Assembly (NCBI RefSeq): GCF_008831285.2 | Contig: NC_045138.2 | Span: forward strand, 29,760,001 to 29,824,000 | Direction of reading: 5' to 3' | Origin: Nymphaea colorata | Taxonomy: Eukaryota | DNA: 64,000 nucleotides | Shown here: one piece after another, positions 12,031 through 23,456 of the stretch | Layout of the letters: each line of letters begins with the position of its first letter | How positions within the stretch are numbered: the first letter of the stretch is position 1 | Notes under the pieces: generated by a model | What the model saw: only the letters and a program-made list of their open reading frames with translations | What the model was told of the DNA's origin: nothing | Database searches by the model: none | Program-made: the position numbers and the translations under genes

Positions 12031-13046
12031 CATTTCTAATTTTTCAAATGTGCTACATTGATCGGAAAATGTCTATTTGCCCTCTCTGTATAGTTTTCCT
12101 GAATTTTTTTGCTTAGAATTTTTTCCATGAAAGAAGCATCCGTACAATCATATGCCTCCTAATTTATTAGCCTTTATGTCAGGGAAGATGGAACATGAGA
12201 CCGCAACAATCCTGCAGGGGAGAAGGCCCCCTAGCCTTTTTATTCAATCAAAATTTGTGTACAGCAAATCGGCTAACACCGTGAATAAAAAGAAAGATGC
12301 GCTGAGGCATGAAGCAAGTAAGAAGACCCCAGAATGGGGAAACAAAAAGAATGTAGGGTCATGATCCTACATGTAGAGTGCCAAACGAGAAGAGGTTTCT
12401 ATAGAAGGCTTGGGGTCCAAAATCAGCAGGTTTTGAATATTGTTCTTCATTGTTGCAAGATGGTGATCCGGATGTCTTCTGCCCTCAAGAATCCCTCGAA
12501 GCCAAGATAGCCATCTTTTGTTGCTGGCAACAGGGAGTTAGCTCACTTGTGAATAAGGAGGGGCCGATAATGCTCTGACCAGCCCGACATTTTCAGGAAA
12601 TTGCCGCTGTTCCTCCCTCACCACAGCCCCCATGCAAATGTTCTGCCCAGCAGCATCTTTGACAAGGTAGACGACTGAGTAATCTGCACACACACCTTGT
12701 TATGGGTTGAAATTGGCCACCCAAGCTTGCATTTCCTTCAATCCATTTGGAGAGTTTTTCAGAGCAGTGTAGAAACCATCAGAACAGCTCCTCTAAACTG
12801 CTAAAGCTTCCTCTATTGGTGTTTTGTGCGAGTCCTTGTGAATGCATTTGTTCCTACTACACCACAGTCTCCCTGTGGTCAGATGGAAACATACTTAGTT
12901 CCCCGTTGCCGAGGGCCAGCTGACATTGTGTTGAATTGGTTCCAGACTTGTCAGACTCCCTTGAAGAACCAGGAGACGCCTAGGTAGCTTGAAGGTAGTG
13001 TACCATTAAGAAATGATATTAAGCATAACATACTTGATGAGGCATT

Positions 13047-13533
13047 TAAGGTCCGTTTGATGGTTCGGAAAAACTCTGTAGTTGAGGAGGAAAAAGAACT
13101 CAAATTTTAAAAATTTTTTCAGTTTATCAAACTTGAAAATTAACGGAAATCGGAAATTTATATATTTCCGGGTTTATGTTTTTGCCCGTTAGGGCACCCA
13201 CACATCGTGTTCTCTCTCGCATCGCGTTCTCTCTTGCCTCCCTCCTGCCTGCGCACGAAAATCTCTCGCTTTCTCATTCTCCTGCTCCCCTCGTCGTCTC
13301 CCTCGCCCTCGTCGTCTCTTTCGCCCTTGCTCAAGAACAAGTCTTGAGTCTCTTCCTCTCTCGTTTGTGCAGCGGTTTCCGTTTGGTCGGCATCTCTCGG
13401 CCAGACTCTTTCCTACCATTGTTACGCTCGTCCAAATGGGTGAAGAAGACGACCTCTAAAACGAGTTTTACCAGTATTTTTACCTTCAAAGCACAAAAGG
13501 GTCCCTCTCTTTGTGGCTCCCCAAGCAGCACCC
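13047..13533 (+). mobile_element. Left part of the Harbinger-like element; paralogous to 1521-1696
   Basis: TIR-like aaggtccgtttgatgg, AT-rich subterminal region, CT-rich tract, then sequence shared with 1521-1696. Confidence 0.55.
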
Positions 13534-13694
13534 GGAAGAGAGTGAATACTCTCATGAGCAAGAATTATATTATCTACTAATATGGTCGGAGATGGAAAAA
13601 CAGATATGCCCTTAGATTTGAGTTACTTTCCTACGCGATCTAATATGCCATTATCTGAATCCACCACCATGAGTTCCGAGTGACGCGCTTCCCA
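13531..13694 (+). repeat. Duplicate of 5831-6010 (LINE fragment end and adjacent sequence)
   Basis: gagagtgaatactctcatgagcaagaattatattatctactaa...ccaccaccatgagttccgagtgacg is shared with 5838-6003. Confidence 0.9.
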
Positions 13695-16317
13695 GATGGG
13701 CGACCTTGCCACTCCGATGACCCTTCGGTTGTTGAGTCATTGGACCGAAGGGTAAGAAAAGCATGTTCATAAACTACGGTGGTAATTTTAAAAAGAACAA
13801 GTTTAAATATCTAGGTTTTTCTTCTAAAGTTATATTTGTTTGGTAATAATATTTACTGAACTGTTCTACATATTCTTTTAGGTATATGTAGCACATGTCA
13901 CATATTCTCAAATTTAAAATATTTTGTCATCAGTTTGATTCCTGTTGGCGCCATTCTCTTGTACTACAAATGATAGGTACACATACTTAGTTGATAGGTG
14001 TTTCGCACTCACTCGAACCTCAAAACAATCGTAGACCTGGGGCAGGAAAAAACAAGAGGAAAGAATAAAGGATATGCTCTTTTTTTTCTCCTTTTGTCTT
14101 ATTTTAAAGTAGAGGTTTAAAAATTTCACGTCACACCACATTTTATGTGTTTTCAGAAATTGTCAAATACGTTGCTATAAACACTAGGATGTAATTGGCA
14201 CCTAACATGAGCCAAAATGAGCCTGATCATTTTTTTTACTGCCGATAAATAAGGCCACACAGGATCTAAAATTTGTTTTGGTTTTTAAGCAATGCTCATG
14301 ATCAGCCGACTTAGATTTCAAATTTTGCAAAAGCTGGGAGAGAAATTGAGTTGGGTGGTTATATAAAAGCCATAATGTTAAATGATTTGGTAGAATGAAA
14401 AATGTGCTCACTGTAGATATTGAACTCTTGACCTTATTAATTTGGTTTCAAAGTTTTAAGCCCAACATTACAAGTCCTTCCGGGTGGCTTTCAGCACGAG
14501 AAATCAGTTACTTTGAGGTATTTAAAGAAAATATTGTAATCGTAAAGTGTCTTAATAGTGATTTTACTTTTTCTCTTGTAATCTCAAAAAGGTTAAGAGA
14601 GGAAAAAAAGTGACTTTCTTGTGGTGGGTTGAGTGCCCAATTTGAGGCTTATTGTGTGGGTGAAGAGGGTTATCCCACTGCTTGGGCAAAGTGCTGGTGA
14701 GATTTGTGTGTGCACTTGTACATGGGACCCACCCTTCATACGAAAGGGCGGAGGGAACGGGTGGCCGCCTGGGCCATGGCCCCATCTCAGTCAATTGAAA
14801 AAAAAAATTACATTGAAGAAATAAAAAAATTTTAGTTGCGCCATGTATTATTTGGATACCGATTCAATTTGGCCCCACCCAAATCTAAAGGTTGGACTGT
14901 TGGTCCGCCCCTGACAAAAATCATGGCTCTACCCCTGTTCATATCATATAGGAGCATAGCCCCCACGAGTTTTCAAACTAAAAACATATCTTCAACACAC
15001 CGAAAGACCACCTAAGCTATTGCGACTTGAGGCTTCCCTATTACCCTTCGAGCAAAAAACTGGTTGCATGTTCTTCTGTTTTTTTATATTGTTTTCTAAG
15101 GAATTTTCCTTCTCAAAAAACTATCGTCACATCTATTCAATCTCATGTTTATTAGCTCATTTTTAAGTCTACTCAAGCACTTAACTTAAGTTTTTTGCAA
15201 TTTGGTTAGCAATATTTAACTAAGTTTTTCGGCTTAAAAATTTGAACTGGGTATTACATAATGCACATCAGTGTTGGGGCATGCATATCGGTGCATATGG
15301 CCTCACATCACCATGCCAAGCAAATTTGATACCTCAAGGATGAATTTTGTTTGTCCAAGCAAAAGAAAAGGAGAGTTATGAGTTTGCAACACTTGGGACG
15401 TTGAAAATATTGAATTCACAGAACAATGATAAGGTGGTGGCTAATATGGGTTGTAGCAAGGGTCGCTACGTTTCTCGAATAAGTCATGGCAAAAACTCAA
15501 ATCACTCACCTTAAACTCGAGATCTTGGAGAATATTTTTTGCTGTCTCAATGTAAGTTTGCAATATATGCGGTGGCTATTGCCTTCTTGAAGCTTCTAGC
15601 GATCTGCTCGTGATTCTGGTTGCAAGGGACGCCCCTCAGAATGTGGCAGAATCAAACTCCAAGTTAGGGATTGTGGTAAGAAGGTTCCCCCGTTCCTCTC
15701 TCTTATTGCAGACTTGAAATCCAGATTCATACCCGAAAAGATGTTCTACTTGAAATCCAGATTCATACCCGAAAAGATGTTCTCCGATGCTGTGAAAATA
15801 GGCTATCTGATCTCAAGAGGCATAGCATAGCGCTTGGGGCATATGGAAAAACATGTCTCTACTTCGATCCTCGTGGTTGCTATGCTGCTGTCATCACTAG
15901 CGCCACCACAGTCCATGACCCCGAAAGTAGAAGGAATTTAAGGAAAGGAGCTTTGAGTCTCTTTTCGAGGCGATTTTTAACCTCTTGTTCACTTAAAAGG
16001 TCCGTGATATGAGTGAGTAGTGAATCTAGTTTTTCTTTTTCTTTGGTCCTGCAATGTCTGTGAATGGAGTGGTGATTTTAGTTGTTCTTTTCTTTAGTCT
16101 TGCTTAGTGGCCGAGCTACATTATTACTGGTGTGGGCAACCAGCCTAAAAAGAATTACATTATTTACATACAAAAATTTCATTCATTTACTGCTTTTTAC
16201 ATACGATTGCCCCTTAAGATTTAAAATTTAATTGTGGAGTGCCCTCAACCAGAAATTTTTAGCTCAGCCACTGGTCTTGCTATTGAAACATAGCAGCAGC
16301 CAAATCCAACAGCTGTT

Positions 16318-16353
<36 letters not shown>

Positions 16354-17624
16354 ATCCAAATTAATGTGATTATTAATCGAATCTAGTTAATGTTTGCTTG
16401 GCTGGCTGTCCTGCAAACCCAAATTGTCGAATATGGGCACGAAAATATTTAAATTTTGACGTGATTTACAGGTAATTCAATACAAGAAATTTATTTGCTT
16501 CGCTATATCTACTCGTCCCTGTAAAATTTATATGTACTTTTAATGTAAATACATAAAAAGTTATATTGCATACCCTTTCAAGCTGCACGTATAAAGATTA
16601 ATTCTATGATATAGAATGAGCAGTCGAACGCGACATTGTTAATGTAGGTACATCTTGTAAGAACAAAATGAAAAGCTTTTACGAGAGATGGAGAGGGTGT
16701 TCTTAACAGAACAGGAAGGAAATACATGAACACGAGTGAAACCTCAAGAAGCAGACAATTTTTGGAACAACTGTCAAATTTTTAGTGGCAGTTTACAAAT
16801 CAACCATGGTTCTCTTACTTTTTTCATATAATTTCGATGCAAATCTGCTGGGAGATGCGGTTTCCTATCTTTTAAGAGAATTAAAGAATACAAGAGGAAT
16901 AAAAAGAACAGAGAACAGAGAACAAGGCACACAGGCCTACAGACCAACAGCAGAACTTGAGAAGTAATCCAGAGAAACTCGAAGCAAGTCAATGGTTTTT
17001 AGATCAGGATTATAATCGCTGGTTGGTACTCTAATATTTCTGAATTGCAGTCACAGCGAGGGACCAAAATTCACTGCGTAGTATCCATTGTCAGAATCAC
17101 AGCTACCTTCGATTCGATATTAAGAAGAGAAACGACTTGTAAAACTTCATAAAGTTTCTGCATTGACATAAGAATTTTGAAAACATGCTCTTCTCATACT
17201 CTCAGGATCAGTAACTCGAATCTCTTCATGTGCTGAAAACTATATTCTTTTCTTCAATTTCAAAGCTATGTGACTCAGATAAATTGACCTCGATCGCTCA
17301 TTGTTGATGTACCGAATTAGCTGCTCTTGTAAAGGCAACCAGAACCCGCTCTTATCTTCCTTTGTCGTAGTTTTTGGTCTTGTCCAATTCACAGTATTAC
17401 GGTAGATAGAAAGAATATGATGATCATATTTTGTTGCAGCACTAACCCGTATTGCAGTCTTGAGATCGATCCAGACTTCCAGTCTTCCAGACAAGAAATA
17501 ATATTCACCATGTTGACAGCGTCAAGGACTGTGATTTGAGTTTCTTTTGCTTCTGCCAAGAATTCCTCAAAGATTATAACCAAAATATTGCAGCAGCTTC
17601 TGCTGAAATGACAAAAGCAGGGAG

Positions 17625-18005
17625 AGAGATGGATTTGATTCAAATCGGATATACCTTTATACTTTTTTAGATATTTACATATCCAGATTTGAATGGGGAA
17701 TCAAATATGAACAAAAAAAATTGTGTTTGAATCCGAAATCTGATTTTTACATTCATAACTCAATAAATCCAAATTTTGAATAACATCTAGTCAGTTTTCA
17801 AAATGTAAGAACATTGGATATATGATATTCATTTAAAACTAAATCCAATTGTATATTTATGTATATTTGAATTCGAATTTGAATCCCATCCAATGTCATT
17901 TCCTAAATTTGAATCCAACCCAATTTCACAATCAAATAATTAATTTTTTTTTCCATATCTGATTTTTTCGAATGGTTCGGTCGGATAACAGATTTAGCAT
18001 CTAAT
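17625..18005. mobile_element. AT-rich MITE-like element with repeated ATCCGA/TCGGAT/GAATCC motifs (hAT-like)
   Basis: Clustered motifs around an AT-rich core; related sequence at 18270-18400. TIR and TSD not clearly resolved. Confidence 0.4.
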
Positions 18006-18688
18006 GTTACACGCATGTTCTATGGCCAGGCTGAAATGTTGATTGTTCGGAAGGACTTGGAAAGAAAAAAAAAAAAAAGAAAAACAAGAGAAGTACTGTT
18101 AGTTAAACGCAAACACATTTGGCAATTTTTAGAGAATATATATATATATATGACTTGAAAGAATATGAAAACCAACAGAAAAAGGCGAATAATCCAGCCT
18201 CTGACAAGTCTGTCCTAATCCCAAGTCATTAGTTCACATTCGAACTGATCAATCTCATGCTTCAACTGCTTCCAAAACCAAATCCAGGTGCGACTACCAT
18301 AACATCCACATTTATATGTAATCCTACAATTTTTGGATTTAATACTCGTCAAACTATATGTGAATCCAGATTAATACGATTCATATTCGAATCCAGTTTA
18401 TGTTGCATGGGGGCTAGTGTGACCAGTTGCCCACACTAGCCTCACAAACTTTAATTATTTTTATGTTAATAATTTCATATATTTGGTTGTTTGTATATAT
18501 ATGGGTGCCTCTTCAAACATTTAAAGTTACTGAACTAGTACCTCCATCAGACAAAATTTTTGACTCCGCTAGTGCCTCGGCCTCGTACTTAAATATTTTT
18601 TTTTTATGGAACCCAAGCTCTCGAGTATGGGCATGAAAATCTTTGAACTTTTTTTGTCATTTAATTATATTAATAGTAACTCAACACA

Positions 18689-19475
18689 GGATCCTTCGAT
18701 AAAAAAAATCATTCTCTTCATAAAAAATATGAGGAAGGACCAATAAAGAGTTCTTTTTCAATCTCAGGAGTTTAATACCTCATTCAAGAATTTTTTTGAT
18801 CCAACCCATAGGAATTAGGAATCAATAGAAAAGGCAATTCCCTTATGTTACATCGGATCAGGCTCGGTTATTGATAGAGTGAATAGATCTGCCATTTTTT
18901 GAAATCTCTCTTCTGATTCAAAATTTTCGTATAATGTGTATCTCCATTTGTTTCGGTAATGGGATAGATGGAATAAATTACAAAATGGGTTTTTGTTCAA
19001 GAATGAGACCTTATTAGAACTATCCACATCCTGTTCATCCTTCAGAACCATATCACATCCCCGATATGATGAAATAGGATGAGTTGAGATGGTATTTTGT
19101 AAATACATAATTATCTTGAATATATCAATCATTTCTTTCTTTTCCGATTGCCTGGGAGGGACAAAAGAAAAAACATATTGTCGTTTCTTCAACAATTTAT
19201 GATCTCTAGTGAACCTCTCAGTAACATTCAAAACCTGATGAAGTTCTGACCATCTGTCAGAGAAATTCTCTCAGTACCCATAGGATTCCCAAGAAATTCT
19301 TTGATTTTTCCAGAAAAAAGATGATTATTCATCTTCCTTTAACGTTTTCGTGAATAGCTGGGACATTGAAGAATATCCACAAGGGCATTTCGAGAATCGA
19401 TCTGATTCTATCTTTGTTCATTTCGTTTGAAGAGAGGAAGGATCCCAAAGAATCAATCTTTCTTTTAATTGTTTT
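18689..19475 (-). pseudogene. ycf2: Nuclear plastid DNA insertion (NUPT): degenerate internal ycf2 fragment
   Basis: [15 protein letters not shown]...[15 protein letters not shown]...[13 protein letters not shown]...[22 protein letters not shown], plus flanking WDPSSLQT..IESDRF, DRWSELH and IFYEEN..YRRI in shifted frames; all are plastid Ycf2 motifs. Confidence 0.92.
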
Positions 19476-19639
19476 CAATCCTCATTACTAATGGAATCAA
19501 AATTCTCTCTTAAATTTATTTGGTTGACCATTGACTCACTCGTCACAGTTGGCCTCTGAAATTTATATGTACTTTTAATGCAAATATAAGTTACTGCATA
19601 CCATGCAAGATTAATTCTATAAAATAGAATCCCGGGTAC

Positions 19640-19810
19640 TTAAAAAGCCGTTTGGCACATGCTACAAATGAGTTCATTGAAATTATTCAAAAATTGAAGT
19701 AGATTTATGGAACCCTGTAAGATCGTGTTTCTTGAATTTATCTTAAATTTTATGACAAAATCATTAGACAACAACAATTTGTTGTTGTGAGTGACAAACA
19801 TAGGTCTTAT
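19640..19810. mobile_element. Tourist-like MITE
   Basis: Left end taaaagccgtttggcac, right end gtgacaaacataggtctta (imperfect TIR with GTTTG core), TTA/TAA flanks. Confidence 0.4.
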
Positions 19811-22800
19811 AATACTCGGCTAAAGATCAATAACGTGATTAAATTGCTATCTGAAAAAATTCACATTATACAATAAATGAAATGGAGACGCAAAGAGAAA
19901 AAAAAAGGTACATGGACCAGATATCAGGAGACAGCGATTTCTGAAACCCGACCCGCCGTGTTACTTGGGCCCGAATCCTTCCTGCTGCGTACGACCGGGT
20001 TCTGGAGTTTTGCCTGGGCCCTGATTTGCAACACAAACCCGACCCGTTCCTCACGACAAGGATATGTAATTCCCGGAAAGATGAGGCCCCTTTCGGGAAA
20101 TTGGCGACATGAGAGAGAAGCACGCATGCGTGTCCCTCGTGGGGGCGTCTTTGTTTAAAAATGGGTTCTTTAAAAAATTGGTGGGTCCTTCTGTGGCACC
20201 CTACCAGGAAGCAAAAGCCTTCAATTTTTCTATGCCCAGATTCTCAATACTCTAATTGATGGGTGTCTCGCTCTTTATTCAAGTCTCTCGAAGCCGAGTT
20301 CGAGCTAGTACTTGCGAAGAAGGAGGCTAGACTGCGGACTGCGGCACTCCTCAAGTCTTTTTTATTTTATATTTTCTACCCACAATCCGGACTGATACCA
20401 TCTTTTATTTGGCCATCTTTTTAAATTCAATCACGAAAAAATAATTAAATTTTGCCTCACTTTTCAACTCCCTAGTTTGTCTTAGTATTTTATTTCGCAA
20501 CAGACCTTGCTAACATGTTTCGATGCTCTTTGCTTCTTCATTGCTTTCTTTATTCCTGGAACCCGCGCTTCCTCTCTGTTATCTTTACAGATCATCAGTG
20601 CTCCCCTAGATTAAGCTTAATGGCAGTTTCTTAAAAAAAATATGAAGGCGCTTCCCGCATATGTTAGTTCCTTTTTTGTCATATTTAATGACTTTGGGTT
20701 TAATGAAAAGAATACAAAGGCACATAGAATAAGTTTTAGTAATGGGTCTTTTTAATAGTGTGTTTTCATGTACATGCAGATACGCTAGTCCCAACGAGTT
20801 TGAGAGCATGCCGAGCCTGCGCCTGCACTACTTACTTTTATTCTTATAAGCATCAATCAATTCTTGATCAAACTGAAGCAATATTTATATACTTTAAGGA
20901 GGAAAATAAGGGCTATAGAATTATATGCGGTTAGGTAAGCAACAAAGTCTCTTCTCGAAGATTCGAGTGAGAGTTACATGACTTTTGAGCGTTGGTTGGT
21001 GCTCCCCTGTTTCTTTCTCATTCAAAACTATCTAACATTGGTTATTTGATTTTCTATTATTTGATGCTGCTTGTATGTGCAAAGAACACGTGTACTGTAC
21101 CCAAAATATATAAAATTTAGGTGACCCGAACCACTCTTCTTATAATATATATATATATATATAAAAGAAAACAACCGTTGGAAGATTTGAAGTTTGGAGT
21201 CATTTTGATTTTTTAGAAACTCAGTTCTGAATTTTTCGCTGCCGGGGTCGCGGCGAGAATTTGCCGCCTTGGATTCTTTGCTTCGATTGGATTTGTTCAG
21301 TGCAGCTCATCTCTTCAAAGCTCAGATGAATCCAATGGTCAGATCCGGATTTAGCGTTGGGTTTTGCTCCTGCTTTCCTTTCAAATTTGAGTTCAAGTCC
21401 ATGTTTGATTCGGATCCAGCTGAGGTCCGAGTCTAAAAATCCGGAACAGCTAGCCAGACAGTTTTAGTGTCGGAACCGAACCTCATAGGGCTCAACCTCC
21501 GGACCGTAAGTCGGACAAGTTTCTGCCACGTACAACTCGAGCCGAATACCGAAGGTGGAGGCAGGTGCGAGCAACTTGTAGGCAATTTGCCTATACATAT
21601 CCGGAAAAATGCTTATTCTCATATTGATACTTTAATATAATTTTTTATCATTTATGTTCCTCTAAATATTTAAAATTTTATAACTAATGCCCCTTAATGA
21701 CAATCTTTTAGGCTCTGCCCATATCCAGCAGCAGCTAGTGAGGACTGATACGAGCACCAACAATTTCAACTCAATCTTACTGGCACCGAATCGATCAGAA
21801 CTCTGAAGTTAAACGTGACACATAAATAAGTTACTTCTATAAATTCTTTTATCTACAGGCAAGCAAAACCTAGGGCAAAGAAGGCGACGTTAGGTATTCA
21901 ACGTTTGACTTGCTTTAATTTGAAAGGTTCGCTTTTGGCTGGCTTCTCAAGCACAAGAAACTCTTGAAAGGAGAGCTGTTAAAAGAAGAGCAGACATCGA
22001 CCGATACACATTGTATCGGTCCTTGTATGACACCATGCCAGCCTATATAAAGCTTATGTTTCTTTCTTTTTGAAAACCAATTAAAAAAAAATTAATTATT
22101 TTGTCAAAAGCAGAAACGGAGAACAAATAAGACAATACAGGTTTGATGTTTTTTGCCCGTAATTTAGTTCAGATCAGATTCGAGTTGGATTATTAACTGT
22201 TCGGGGCGAGTGCACCGGGTCCCTTTTTCTTTCGGTGAGTATGGAAAGATCCAGACCCGAAAAATGACCCACCCGTTCGAAGCCCTAAATTTAGAGCTGG
22301 CCCGAACTCCCGATTTGTAAAAAAGGGTGTTTTCGTCATTGTGTGGATGAAGCTTCTTCACTCACCGGGCCCGAGAGAGTGGGCAATGCCGGAAGGAGGG
22401 CATTTTCGTCAACTCAGAAAACGTTCCGCCGCTCCTCGGAGACCGGAAAAAGCATAACTCCTCCGGCGATCTTTTGGCGAGGCGACGCCGCCGTTGTGTT
22501 CGGCGTGCATTAGAAGCATTTGAATCCACAAAACTTATACCTCTGGAAGTACTTCAATTTACAAAACTATCCCTCCACAGGGATGCCGTCAACTCATGTC
22601 ATTCCGTCTCTCTCGCCGGCCGCTAAAAAATTCTAATGGCAACTGAAAGTTTAATTCAACTTTTTAAAGAAGGTAAAACATTTGAAGAACATAACTTCAC
22701 AAATAAATGAAACCAATTAAAATTAACAAAACCGAAAGGCCCTTATATTCCTTTTGTTTTGGAGACTTGAAGTACATTGTTGTTTGGGTGGGCAGTGGCC

Positions 22801-23456
22801 TACCTTCAATTTGACAGAGCGTACCCCATTTTTTAACAGCAAAAAAAAAAAAAAAACACTTATAAAAATCAAAATAAAAACGTATCAACTGTTTACTCCG
22901 ACCAACTATGCTACTAACTTTGTCCCTAAGATTTTCATGTGCCATTTTAATTCCTTTACATCCAAAATGTCCATATCACCTACTAATAAGACAAGGGCTA
23001 CTAAAGTGGAAAAAATGGGGAAACAATATAAAAACAGAGACCGCCAATTTGTATGAATTGTTTATTTGATTAGCACTCGAGGAGCGGGACGGCACAAGCT
23101 TTTGGACAGTTTTGTAGTTTTGTAACAAATACTGGTGAATGTCCTCTGCTTTCTCACATAAGAGAGAGAGAGAGAGCACCTGAAGCTTACAGAGAGCCGT
23201 TTGGTTGGTGGGTCCAATCAAAAGCTTCTGTAGGTTCAAAATAAATGTCTGTTAGATTTGAAAATTTATGGGGGGAGTGGATGGATGGTACCTATAATAG
23301 AGTTTGACTGGATCGCCATGGCCCCTCTTCTACTAATACTTCTTCACTCTCCCTCTCCCCCTCTCTCTCACTGCTTTCCTGTAATTCGGAAAGTTTTCTT
23401 TCTGTACTTGACTTCTTCTTCTTCTTCTTCTTAGTAGTTCATCCTCTTCATGAGGG

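Noticed and set aside
12100..13040. Possible LINE 3' region
   Set aside because: Composition suggests a decayed retroelement but I could not read a convincing motif.
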